Positions 27,101-35,728 are shown, counted from the stretch's first letter. The stretch is 45,039 nucleotides of DNA from a virus (IMGVR_UViG_3300028197_000029:1-45039); one strand, 5' to 3'. Numbers and translations: made by a program. The notes: generated from the letters alone by a model not told the origin.

Positions 27101-27535
27101 ATGAAACTTAAAACTTTATTAACTACAGTTGCACTTGCTACTTTATTTGCAACATCAGTACTTGCAGAAGACATTACTATCGACATGTTGAACAAACGTG
27201 ACGATGGTGCTAAGATGGTTTACTCACAAGATATTGCTAGAGTAAACGTAGGTGATACTATTACATGGGTACCTAAAAGCAAAGGACACAATGTAGAATT
27301 TGTTGCAGGACCAGATGGATGGGACGCACCTAAGAAATCAAAGAATGGTAAAGAAGTTGCTATTACATTTGATACACCAGGAGTATATCTATATCAGTGT
27401 ACACCACACAAAAGCATGGGCATGATTGCACTTGTAGTTGTTGGTGATGATATGTCTAACTTAGATGATATTGCTGGTATGAAAATGCGTGGCAAGTCCA
27501 AGAAGAAGATGAAGACTATTTTAGGTCAACTCTAA
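27101..27535 (+). CDS. paz: Pseudoazurin (type-1 copper protein)
   Basis: Signal peptide; MLNKRDDGAKMVY, KGHNVEF and YQCTPHKSMGM copper ligands. Confidence 0.92.
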   Translation: MKLKTLLTTVALATLFATSVLAEDITIDMLNKRDDGAKMVYSQDIARVNVGDTITWVPKSKGHNVEFVAGPDGWDAPKKSKNGKEVAITFDTPGVYLYQCTPHKSMGMIALVVVGDDMSNLDDIAGMKMRGKSKKKMKTILGQL

Positions 27536-27585
27536 TGTGGCCATACACAGACGATGAAGCGGATTGGTTAAATGGAGGAAAGTGA
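27535..27585 (+). CDS. Putative 16-aa peptide MWPYTDDEADWLNGGK
   Basis: ATG overlaps the pseudoazurin stop codon (TAATG). Confidence 0.4.
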   Translation: MWPYTDDEADWLNGGK

Positions 27586-27775
27586 AGTAAAGGCGATTGC
27601 CCAATCACAAGCTGAGGAAGCATATGATGGTTTCTTACTGTGGGGTAAACGTGTAACATTCGCCTCCATTGGAGTATTATTACTTGTTGCAAGTTGTAAC
27701 TTCGGAGTAGAAGACGGACCTAAGAAAACAGGATCTGGCTACAACGGCGAGCAGTATGCTCCTACCAACATGTAA
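27572..27775 (+). CDS. Single-TM protein resembling aa3 cytochrome c oxidase subunit IV
   Basis: AEEAYDGFLLWGKRVTFASIGVLLLVA resembles the (T/A)(Y/F)xGF + TM pattern of alphaproteobacterial subunit IV. Confidence 0.4.
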   Translation: MEESEVKAIAQSQAEEAYDGFLLWGKRVTFASIGVLLLVASCNFGVEDGPKKTGSGYNGEQYAPTNM

Positions 27776-27873
27776 TGGATCCACAGAAACGTACAGTATA
27801 CCTAATGATATTTGTATGTGTATTTCTACACTTTGTATTGATACCTATATGGATGTGGAACTTAGGATTATAA
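27775..27873 (+). CDS. 32-aa hydrophobic peptide
   Basis: MDPQKRTVYLMIFVCVFLHFVLIPIWMWNLGL; TAATG coupling; ends just before a hairpin. Confidence 0.55.
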   Translation: MDPQKRTVYLMIFVCVFLHFVLIPIWMWNLGL

Positions 27874-27877
27874 AATG

Positions 27878-27905
27878 ACAGAGTCGTCCGCCAAGACGGC
27901 TCTGC
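27878..27905. terminator. GC-rich hairpin between convergent genes
   Basis: CAGAGTCGTC-CGCCAA-GACGGCTCTG. Confidence 0.6.
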
Positions 27906-27933
27906 CATAACTTCATAGTGTTATGATTTAATA

Positions 27934-28170
27934 TTACGACTTGCGATTGTATATATGATATAACACCCATACAGCAACTAGCCCAACTAATCCCTGTGCA
28001 GATAACGCTGTTATCATTCCAGTAATATTGTCGACTACGCTGATGTTTGGCCAGAACGGAATGCCCTGTCCATTAAAAAGGATTTCAAGCACAATAGCTA
28101 ATGAAATAAGTGCGATACCTACTTCAGTAATTGCTCCAGCCCAACCCTTTACTTTGTTTAAGATTTCCAT
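27934..28170 (-). CDS. Two-TM small membrane protein
   Basis: 78 aa, AGGAG RBS. Confidence 0.75.
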   Translation of the reverse strand: MEILNKVKGWAGAITEVGIALISLAIVLEILFNGQGIPFWPNISVVDNITGMITALSAQGLVGLVAVWVLYHIYNRKS

Positions 28171-28281
28171 TTGGATCTCCTTTCAAATTGCCGAGTACTA
28201 ATACTCAGTGTATTATTTAAGAGTAGGAGATCCAGAAGTTAAACTAGCATAAATGGTCTTAGGTATCAATAATGCAGGATC

Positions 28282-28698
28282 TTATTTTATCCAACCTATT
28301 TTTTTACCTAATTTGTCTCGCTTTTTCCATTCAGCAACAGTACCTGGGAAACGCCAAGCCCATATAGCAACTAATGCCATAAAGCCTCCGCTCCACATAA
28401 CTGCTTTGATATTTTCTGTAGTAAACCAAAGGAACGCTAACGATGATGACATTACTATAATCATCGCATACTTGCCTTTAGTTGGAAACACAGACTTTTG
28501 TACCCAGTTCGTTAAGAACGGTCCAAAGTATTTGTGGTTGTATAACCAGTCATGCATTCTCTTAGAACTTTTAGCAAAACAATATGCTGAAAAAACTAAG
28601 AAGATTGAAAAAGGAATGCCAGGGACGATAACGCCGACATAGGCCATTCCTAAAGAGATGAACCCAAGTCCACCCCAGAAGTATTTTTTAATATTCAT
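28282..28698 (-). CDS. ybaN: YbaN/DUF454 family inner-membrane protein
   Basis: [38 protein letters not shown]...W. Confidence 0.88.
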   Translation of the reverse strand: MNIKKYFWGGLGFISLGMAYVGVIVPGIPFSIFLVFSAYCFAKSSKRMHDWLYNHKYFGPFLTNWVQKSVFPTKGKYAMIIVMSSSLAFLWFTTENIKAVMWSGGFMALVAIWAWRFPGTVAEWKKRDKLGKKIGWIK

Positions 28699-29878
28699 TA
28701 ATTACCTTTCGTAAAGAATCCACTAGTTGAGAAATCATTGCATCTGTATGCAACGGAGTAGGAGCAAAACGTAAACGTTCTGTCCCTTCTGCAACTGTAG
28801 GATAGTTAATTGGTTGACAATATATATTGTATTCTTCCAATAGAACATCACTTAGTTTCTTACAACGTACTGGGTCTCTAACCATAACAGGTACAATATG
28901 CGTACAACTTATATCTAGTACTTCAATGTCAGCTTTGATTAAAGAGTCCTTTAATCGTTTAGCTTGTGCTTGATGTGCTATCCTAAGTTCGTTATGATCT
29001 TGTAGATACTTAATACTTGCAAGAGCTCCTGCACAGATGACAGGACTTCCTGATGTCGTAAAAATAAAACCTGAGGCTACAGAACGGACAGCGTCTATGA
29101 CAATATCATTTCCCGCAATATATCCACCCTGTACTCCAAAGGCTTTGCCTAAAGTGCCGTTAACAATATCAACTCTACCTTGCAAGCCAAGTTCTTCTAA
29201 CTTTCCTGCACCTGTTTGGCCGTACAAGCCTACAGCATGTACTTCGTCAATATATGTCATAGCACCATATTTTTCTGCTAGTTCGCAAATGTCGAGCATA
29301 GGACTAACGTCTCCATCCATGCTATACACGGATTCAAATACGATACAAGGCGTACCTGACACGTTCTTCAGTTTCTGCTCAAGGTCCTCCATATCATTGT
29401 GCGTCCATATAATTTTGTCTGCACCACTGTGTCTAATACCTTGAATAAGTGAAGCGTGATTGTTGCTGTCACTTACGAACACAATGTCGGGAATGATCTG
29501 TTTAAGAGCGACCAACGTCCATTCATTTGCTACATATGCGGACGTATATAATAAGGCTCGTTCCTTTTTATGTAAACGGGCCAATTCCATTTCTAATGCT
29601 ACATGGTAGTGTGTGGTTCCTGCAATATTACGTGTGCCACCTGCACCTGCTCCTGTTTGATCTAGTGCAGTATGCATAGCATCTATAACAACTTTACTTT
29701 GGCCCATGCCTAAGTAATCATTTGAACACCAGTTCACAATGTTCTTAATGTTATACGGGCCATACCAAATTGCATTAGGATATTCTCCCTTTTCACGGAG
29801 TATATCGTTAAAAACTCTATAATTTCCTTCAGCTTTTAGTCTGTCTATCGTTTTTTGAAAGTGTTCGTTGTTTATCAT
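28688..29878 (-). CDS. hemA: 5-aminolevulinate synthase (Shemin/C4 pathway)
   Basis: [58 protein letters not shown] (PLP Lys) and INYPTV. Confidence 0.97.
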   Translation of the reverse strand: MINNEHFQKTIDRLKAEGNYRVFNDILREKGEYPNAIWYGPYNIKNIVNWCSNDYLGMGQSKVVIDAMHTALDQTGAGAGGTRNIAGTTHYHVALEMELARLHKKERALLYTSAYVANEWTLVALKQIIPDIVFVSDSNNHASLIQGIRHSGADKIIWTHNDMEDLEQKLKNVSGTPCIVFESVYSMDGDVSPMLDICELAEKYGAMTYIDEVHAVGLYGQTGAGKLEELGLQGRVDIVNGTLGKAFGVQGGYIAGNDIVIDAVRSVASGFIFTTSGSPVICAGALASIKYLQDHNELRIAHQAQAKRLKDSLIKADIEVLDISCTHIVPVMVRDPVRCKKLSDVLLEEYNIYCQPINYPTVAEGTERLRFAPTPLHTDAMISQLVDSLRKVINEY

Positions 29879-30020
29879 TTATATACTTCTTATACTGTTC
29901 TTTATCAACATAGGTATACGCTCCTGCATAAGGGTGTACTCCATGTATAATACCTGCTTTTAGATTTTCGGCTTCAACCTCGTCATAATAATTAATAAAG
30001 TTTCTAAGCCATTTAAACAT
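29829..30020 (-). CDS. Hypothetical protein
   Basis: 63 aa; overlaps the hemA start. Confidence 0.5.
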   Translation of the reverse strand: MFKWLRNFINYYDEVEAENLKAGIIHGVHPYAGAYTYVDKEQYKKYINDKQRTLSKNDRQTKS

Positions 30021-30047
30021 ACTATTACTTATACGATAAATACTTAT

Positions 30048-30188
30048 ATGGAATCATGTTTGAACTGTGGAAGACAACACGAAGGTAGACTTATCGAAAC
30101 ATTTAGAGATGGAGATAACAAGCCTATAGAGATCGTAGTATGCGAACACCCCAGATATATGGAGGAAAACTTAGATGGCATCAATTAA
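30048..30188 (+). CDS. 46-aa CxxC-containing protein (not in ORF track)
   Basis: MESCLNCGRQHEGRLIETFRDGDNKPIEIVVCEHPRY...; ATAAATA immediately upstream. Confidence 0.55.
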   Translation: MESCLNCGRQHEGRLIETFRDGDNKPIEIVVCEHPRYMEENLDGIN

Positions 30189-30636
30189 ATGCAAAGGACT
30201 AACAGGCGTAATGTTTGATGTAACTGTTACGTTTGCATCAACTACAATGAACGGATTAACAGCCCTAGTACAAACAATTGAAGGCGCTCCTATTACAACA
30301 GGAATGTATGCAGAAATACGTGCTGAAAAAAATAAAGCTATCAATCAAGCTAATGACGGTGCAAAAACATTAACAGCCGCAGGACTTGTTCAAGATGATT
30401 TAGTTGTTTGTGTTCCGTTAAAGACTGGTAACAAAGAAGCACGTCAAGAACAAAAAGGCCTTATTGCACAAGCCAAACGTGAAGGACTAGCCGCAGGTAC
30501 TACTAGTGTAGTTTACTATAGAGCAAAGAGTACATTTAATAAGAACAGACTTCCTAACCCTTACGAAGCAAATGCATACAATGCAGATGATGATGAAAAT
30601 ACAGGCACATTAGCCGCGAGTCGTCCTTGGACGTAA
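30175..30636 (+). CDS. Hypothetical (possibly virion-associated) protein
   Basis: 153 aa, GGAGG RBS. Confidence 0.75.
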   Translation: MASIKCKGLTGVMFDVTVTFASTTMNGLTALVQTIEGAPITTGMYAEIRAEKNKAINQANDGAKTLTAAGLVQDDLVVCVPLKTGNKEARQEQKGLIAQAKREGLAAGTTSVVYYRAKSTFNKNRLPNPYEANAYNADDDENTGTLAASRPWT

Positions 30637-30822
30637 AATATTTACTTCACCTATTATGGCCTTTTGATTTCTATAATTGGACTTGGATTGGTTTAATATT
30701 ATTATACATATTAATCAAAATAAATTACTTTTATAATCCTTAGGATAAATAACTTGACGAAATAAACACGCTCAATTTTTTTTGGGCAGATTTTTTTTTG
30801 ACTAACGAAAAAAGGAAAAGAA

Positions 30823-31653
30823 ATGACGCAATTAATATCCCCTAAGAAGTTTACGGAAACAGTTGGCCTTTTAAGGTCATTTTTTTTGGACAAAGGATTT
30901 TTAGAAGTCCATACCCAAAACAGACTAAGCATACTTGCCGCATGTGAAGATCCATTCAATGTAGCAACATACAATTACGCAGGCCAAACTTGGCCGTTAC
31001 CACAAACAGGCCAGATGTGGCTAGAACATGAATTACTTACTAAGCCCGATTCAAAGGGCTTTTTTTGTGTCTCCACTTCCTACAGACAAGAGCCTAATGC
31101 AATACCAGGTAGACATGATATAATATTTCCAATGTTTGAATTTGAAATGCCAGGTAATGTAGATGATCTAAAAGCAATGGAGTATGAACTATGTGAATAC
31201 TTAGGCTTTGGCAACATTACAGAAAAGACCTATGCTGAATGGCAAGCACATTTTGACTTACCTGTAGATTTTGAAATGGATGCTAAACAGGAACTTGCAA
31301 TGGAAAAAGAGTTTGGTCAAACACTTATTACAAACTTCCCTGAAATAACAAGTCCTTTTTGGAACATGGCTAGAAACGATGATGGTAAAACAGCAAAGAA
31401 GATGGACGTTATCTTAGGCGGTATGGAAACTATTGGATCAGCAGAACGCTCATGTGATGTTGATATGATGCGTGATACATTCCACAGCATTGTAGGCGGC
31501 GACTATGCAGAGTTGTTATTCAAACTGTTTGGTAAAGAACGTGTAGAAGCAGAACTGGAAAAGTTTTTAGAATTTGACTTCTTCCAAAGAGTAGGTGGGG
31601 GTATTGGTATTACACGAATGATACCTGCACTAGAAAAAATAGGCAAGATATAA
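30823..31653 (+). CDS. Class IIb aminoacyl-tRNA synthetase-like protein (Asn/Asp type), catalytic domain only
   Basis: Motif 1 LRSFFLDKGFLEVHT, motif 2 SYRQEP....RHDIIFPMFEFE, ETIGSAER and motif 3 GGGIGITRM; no N-terminal OB fold. Confidence 0.85.
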   Translation: MTQLISPKKFTETVGLLRSFFLDKGFLEVHTQNRLSILAACEDPFNVATYNYAGQTWPLPQTGQMWLEHELLTKPDSKGFFCVSTSYRQEPNAIPGRHDIIFPMFEFEMPGNVDDLKAMEYELCEYLGFGNITEKTYAEWQAHFDLPVDFEMDAKQELAMEKEFGQTLITNFPEITSPFWNMARNDDGKTAKKMDVILGGMETIGSAERSCDVDMMRDTFHSIVGGDYAELLFKLFGKERVEAELEKFLEFDFFQRVGGGIGITRMIPALEKIGKI

Positions 31654-31661
31654 GGATATAA

Positions 31662-31762
31662 TCTGGGGTGGTGAAATTGGTAGACACGTATGACTGTTAA
31701 TCATATGATAGATATACTGCAATTTATTTATCGTGGAGGTTCGAGTCCTTCCCCCAGAGCCA
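31662..31762 (+). tRNA. tRNA-Asn(GTT) with atypical long variable arm (101 nt)
   Basis: Acceptor TCTGGGG/CCCCAGA, G73-CCA; anticodon stem TATGA/TCATA with loop CTGTTAA; 29-nt variable region; T arm GGAGG-TTCGAGT-CCTTC. Confidence 0.88.
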
Positions 31763-31807
31763 ATATAAGTTATAAATAATTGTAGTATAACTATAGAGAC
31801 TACAATC

Positions 31808-32191
31808 ATGGCATATTCAGATAAAGTGATGGACCATTACGAGAATCCTCGTAATGTAGGCAAGTTTGATGACAACAACGAAAGCATTGGAACAGGAATG
31901 GTGGGAGCACCTGCCTGTGGTGATGTTATGCGTCTACAGATAGAAGTAAAAGATGGAATCATTAAAGATGCAAAATTCAAAACATACGGGTGCGGTAGTG
32001 CTATTGCAAGTTCAAGTTTATTAACTACGTGGGTCAAAGGTATGTCGTTAGATGAAGCAGGTGAAATAAAGAATATAGACCTTGCAGAAGAACTTGCACT
32101 ACCTCCAGTTAAGATACATTGTTCAGTTCTAGCCGAAGATGCAATCAAAGCGGCAATAGCAGATTATAAGTCAAAAGCTATTACGTTATAG
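31808..32191 (+). CDS. iscU: Fe-S cluster scaffold IscU
   Basis: YSDKVMDHYENPRNVG, GAPACGDVM, FKTYGCGSAIAS and LPPVKIHCS. Confidence 0.97.
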   Translation: MAYSDKVMDHYENPRNVGKFDDNNESIGTGMVGAPACGDVMRLQIEVKDGIIKDAKFKTYGCGSAIASSSLLTTWVKGMSLDEAGEIKNIDLAEELALPPVKIHCSVLAEDAIKAAIADYKSKAITL

Positions 32192-32258
32192 GAACAATCA
32201 ATTAGACTTTGCCGTTTTCTGATGTTATTATATATTAAATAACATTGTAAAAGGAGAA

Positions 32259-33332
32259 ATGTTTATGCCACCACGTAACCACAAGAGTTGGTTGTCAGTA
32301 CCGCCAGTAGAAGCAGTAAGTAGCGAAATATATTCTAGTCAAAAAATATACGAACAAGAGATTAAAAATATCTTTGCTAAAGTATGGGTACCTGTTATCC
32401 ATAAGAGTGAAATAAGAAACGAAGGCGATTATCGAACATCGCAAATTGCGTTTCAAAATATTATTATAGTAAATGCAGGTGATAGAGTCAAGGCCTATAG
32501 ACTCTATGATTCGCAATATCGAGTTTCTGGAACACTAGAAGCACCTATTGTAACAAGTGAGCCTGAACTATATTGTGAGGTCAAGCACGGAGGTATGGTA
32601 TGGGTAACACTAGATCCTAATCCAAAAATGAATGTAGAAGAATGGACAGCAGGAGCATTTGATTGTATTGCTGGTGCTATTGATACAGAAGAACTAGAAG
32701 TGTTCCACTATCATAAAGCAGTTATTCCTACCAACTACAAACTATGGCACGATACCAACAGTGAATTCTATCACGACTTTATGCATTACTTTAATCGTGT
32801 AACAGGATTCAATGATGAATACTTTGCACGTAAGAATATTGCATTTGATAACGGACATGTAAACGTAAGTAGTTTTACAGTAAACTATGGAGAATATGAA
32901 GGAGCAGGAGATAGAGAAGCACTAAGTTTTCCTACCCTGCCACCAAACCAATGGTACATGGTAGACTTGTTTCCAGGCTACAACTTTAACCTACGTGGTA
33001 GTGCTTATCGTAGTGATAGTGTTACTCCACTAGGACCTAACAGCGTACTAATTGAGTTTAGAGGCTATGGCTTGTTAAAAGACACACCTGAAGAACGTAA
33101 GCAACGTATAGATCATCACAACACTATATGGGGACCGTTCGGACGTAACTTGCACGAAGACTTGTTAGGTGTAACAGGACAAGGTGTAAGCATGGCACCA
33201 GGTACTGAACGCAGGAATATACTACACGGACGTCATGAGAACAGTACTATACATGATGAAGTTGGCATGCGTCACTACTACAGTGAATGGGGCAAGTACC
33301 TAGACATTGATCCGTACAACATGGTAAAGTAA
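32259..33332 (+). CDS. msmA: Rieske-oxygenase alpha-subunit homologue (methanesulfonate monooxygenase MsmA-like) lacking the Rieske cluster motif
   Basis: EVFHYHKAV..TNYKLWHDTNSEFYHDFMHYFNR and HNTIWGPFGRNLHEDLLGV match MsmA as I recall it; no CxH...CxxH. Confidence 0.75.
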   Translation: MFMPPRNHKSWLSVPPVEAVSSEIYSSQKIYEQEIKNIFAKVWVPVIHKSEIRNEGDYRTSQIAFQNIIIVNAGDRVKAYRLYDSQYRVSGTLEAPIVTSEPELYCEVKHGGMVWVTLDPNPKMNVEEWTAGAFDCIAGAIDTEELEVFHYHKAVIPTNYKLWHDTNSEFYHDFMHYFNRVTGFNDEYFARKNIAFDNGHVNVSSFTVNYGEYEGAGDREALSFPTLPPNQWYMVDLFPGYNFNLRGSAYRSDSVTPLGPNSVLIEFRGYGLLKDTPEERKQRIDHHNTIWGPFGRNLHEDLLGVTGQGVSMAPGTERRNILHGRHENSTIHDEVGMRHYYSEWGKYLDIDPYNMVK

Positions 33333-33470
33333 TAAAGATTAACCCCTACTAACTTTTGGAACGTTGACAGCCAATGGCAATGAATCTCAGTTCTGGATTT
33401 CGTTAGCAGGGGTTATTGTTGTAATATATTTTGTATTCGGGCTATGCCCTAGTAACTCATTGTTGTATAT

Positions 33471-33749
33471 CTATTTTGTTGAACTAGTCTTTCCAGTTAC
33501 AAAGTTATAGAACATCTCAGCTGTTTCTAGCACTTCTTCTCGTCCAGGAACATCAGGCATTGTTGTTTTATTAACAAGTTGACCTGTTTTTTCATCTCTC
33601 TTAGTAGTCTGTTCCCAACCATTCCACTTGCATGAAAACTCAAACTCTGTGAATTGTTTGGCGAGTCCTAAGACATCTGTTCTAATTTCGTAACCGTTTT
33701 TATTGATTTGCACCTTAGGTAGTGCGTCTTTTAGTTTGTCGATTGACAT
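33471..33749 (-). CDS. Hypothetical phage protein
   Basis: 92 aa; NKNGYEIRTDVL...AEMFYNFV; AAGGAG RBS. Confidence 0.8.
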   Translation of the reverse strand: MSIDKLKDALPKVQINKNGYEIRTDVLGLAKQFTEFEFSCKWNGWEQTTKRDEKTGQLVNKTTMPDVPGREEVLETAEMFYNFVTGKTSSTK

Positions 33750-33815
33750 ATACTTCTCCTTTATGTGTGTATGTGTATACTACTAATTGTAGCAAAAGTA
33801 TTTATATGTGTCAAC

Positions 33816-34241
33816 CTATAACTTGGTTCCTTCAGGCTTTACGCCTGAAAAGGGTTGGAAGTTTATACCGCTATGAATAATGCATCCGTCTACTAGAGCA
33901 GACTCTTGTTCAAAGTATTGTATAATAGTATACGTTCCTGTATCTGGATTAAGAAACATAACTGTTTGACCTGTTACAAGCTGTCCACGTGGTGTCATTA
34001 GAAAGCCTGTTGAAAGTGAAAATGGTTTCTCGTTATATCTACTAGTAATCTCAGCTAGTGCGGCTCGCTTCCCACAATCTAACATAGACGGTAGCTTTAC
34101 AACTCCTGGAGGTATATTTGGTTGTTCAACCTTAGGATTAGTAGGCTTTTGTAGTGGAAGTGGCACAACGTTCTCTTGTGCTAGTACTGGGCTTAGTAAA
34201 AAAGCACAAATTAATATTACTACTGTAAGTGTGTATTTCAT
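33816..34241 (-). CDS. Secreted/periplasmic hypothetical protein
   Basis: Start at MKYTLTVVILICAFLLSPVLA (signal peptide), GAGG RBS. Confidence 0.7.
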   Translation of the reverse strand: MKYTLTVVILICAFLLSPVLAQENVVPLPLQKPTNPKVEQPNIPPGVVKLPSMLDCGKRAALAEITSRYNEKPFSLSTGFLMTPRGQLVTGQTVMFLNPDTGTYTIIQYFEQESALVDGCIIHSGINFQPFSGVKPEGTKL

Positions 34242-34255
34242 GTCTGTGTTCCTCT

Positions 34256-34807
34256 TTAAAAATAAGAGTCGATCATTCTTGCACTTGCAAGTTCGATTGA
34301 CTTTTTCCATTGCTCTTCTTGATCATATGAAAAGAAGATATCTTCGCTTGGCACATCAACAAGTAACCATGCTTTGTGCTTATATATTTCATCATGTAAT
34401 TGTCTATTAGTCCAGGTACTCATACCAGACATTAGTCTCCAACAGTTAGGTAGGTTGTTGTCTAACATCTTTTCAAGCATAAGTTCATCTGAGCTAACTG
34501 CTAGTCCGGGTGAAGTATATAAAGTATTTGTACTACCCCATTCATCTGAGTGTAGTAGTAATAAGCTCTGTTCGGATACAGGTCCGCCCTTATACAAGTG
34601 GCCTGAGGCCCCGCTGTTGTGTTCTCCTCGAAGCCTTTGAACATCAGCTACCTTCATTGTACTAGGTTTATTTAGAATCAAACCCATTACAACTTCTTCA
34701 GCATGTTCATAGAGGTAAACAACAGCCCCAGCAAAGAGATTATCTCTCATTACATGTGGTTTTGCTATTAGCAGTTTGCCTTTGTAGCTATCTTTTTGTA
34801 GTATCAT
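34256..34807 (-). CDS. yqgE: YqgE/AlgH (DUF179) family protein
   Basis: GKLLIAKP...F..AVVYL.EH...MGLILNKP, GGPV and W...QL..EI...AWL. Confidence 0.88.
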   Translation of the reverse strand: MILQKDSYKGKLLIAKPHVMRDNLFAGAVVYLYEHAEEVVMGLILNKPSTMKVADVQRLRGEHNSGASGHLYKGGPVSEQSLLLLHSDEWGSTNTLYTSPGLAVSSDELMLEKMLDNNLPNCWRLMSGMSTWTNRQLHDEIYKHKAWLLVDVPSEDIFFSYDQEEQWKKSIELASARMIDSYF

Positions 34808-34811
34808 AGGA

Positions 34812-35054
34812 TTAAGACCAGTCTGGTAAGGGTCCGCCGTACTTCTTACCTTTAATCTTTTTCCCTCCTACCTCTACACGATTCTTTTTAGAAATTTTAT
34901 GTGATTTCTTTCCTGAACGAGTTCTAAGCCCTTGACTTTTACATGAAGCAAGAGCACTCGCACCCAAAGAACTATTGGGGCGAGAACTTCGACAAAGCTC
35001 TTTCGTTGCTTGCCATTCTGCTGTTATATTCTCGTCTAAGTCAGTTATCTTCAT
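34812..35054 (-). CDS. Basic small protein, putative internal head protein
   Basis: MKITDLDE start after ATAAATA; ...ASCKSQGLR...KKYGGPLPDWS. Confidence 0.7.
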   Translation of the reverse strand: MKITDLDENITAEWQATKELCRSSRPNSSLGASALASCKSQGLRTRSGKKSHKISKKNRVEVGGKKIKGKKYGGPLPDWS

Positions 35055-35055
35055 G

Positions 35056-35310
35056 CTATCTATATTTATCCGCGACACACTCATTGGTCTCAGTAATGAA
35101 CTGATTAGTATAACTCTCACTACGCCTGTTTGTTAGGCCAAACGTAAAGGCTTTTCTTGGTCCTTTAGTCGTTCCTAGAGTAACTTCACCTGAGTTTTCG
35201 TGGAATTCTATTTTGGTAATCGTAGCGGGTTCTTTGTTCTTACCCACAAGGATCTGTTGACCTAATTCTAGGCCCAAATTAAAAGTTCTGAGTGTCATTG
35301 GATTCTCCAT
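35056..35310 (-). CDS. Hypothetical protein (SH3-like beta pattern)
   Basis: 84-aa ORF with ATAAATA upstream. Confidence 0.65.
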   Translation of the reverse strand: MENPMTLRTFNLGLELGQQILVGKNKEPATITKIEFHENSGEVTLGTTKGPRKAFTFGLTNRRSESYTNQFITETNECVADKYR

Positions 35311-35387
35311 TATAATAGTCCTCGTTGATTGGACAATAATATTTATTCCACGCAGGCCCCGCTGTTACGGTCGAGGTAAATAGTATT

Positions 35388-35552
35388 ATGAGGTATCAGT
35401 TATTCAGTGATGACTGTGGGTCTTTTCTTATCGTAGACACGGTAAGAGATTGGATCATTGCCAAGACTACAACACCAGAGTTGGGTGCTCGCATTTGCCA
35501 GCGACTCAACAAACAAGACTTAAAAGAACTCAGTTTAGCCAAAATCCATTGA
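35388..35552 (+). CDS. Hypothetical 54-aa protein (not in ORF track)
   Basis: MRYQLFSDDCGSFLIVDTVRDWIIAKT...; GAGG RBS. Confidence 0.55.
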   Translation: MRYQLFSDDCGSFLIVDTVRDWIIAKTTTPELGARICQRLNKQDLKELSLAKIH

Positions 35553-35623
35553 CAAAACTGTCCATATATAATATAGTATAAGGACAGTGAATATTGTTTT
35601 AACTTTTAAAGACGGTGATTAAG

Positions 35624-35728
35624 ATGGAAATATATTATTTGGTACTAGGTGCTTCTTTGTTATTAAACGTAGGAAGTATGCTTATAACTGGACAGCCTTT
35701 TGCGTTATGTGTTTCAGGGTGTAGTTAA
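35624..35728 (+). CDS. 34-aa hydrophobic peptide
   Basis: MEIYYLVLGASLLLNVGSMLITGQPFALCVSGCS; stop overlaps the next ATG. Confidence 0.45.
   Translation: MEIYYLVLGASLLLNVGSMLITGQPFALCVSGCS

Noticed and set aside
939-29444. Many antisense ORFs in the track (for example 939-1286, 10101-10550, 11449-11871, 14990-15625, 18958-19389, 25297-25701 and 29037-29444)
   Set aside because: They are shadows of well-supported genes on the opposite strand, with Ser/Pro/Leu-rich non-protein-like composition and no RBS.
30823-31653. Calling the gene epmA (poxA) or a full asnS
   Set aside because: It has no anticodon domain, so it is not a full AsnRS; I do not see EpmA-specific motifs (such as TSPE or HNPEFTMLEWY) or an efp/epmB neighbour.
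31706-31734. Intron in tRNA-Asn
   Set aside because: The extra sequence lies at the variable-arm position, not in the anticodon loop, is far too short for a self-splicing intron and forms a clean stem; the Leu-type D arm fits a genuine long-arm tRNA.
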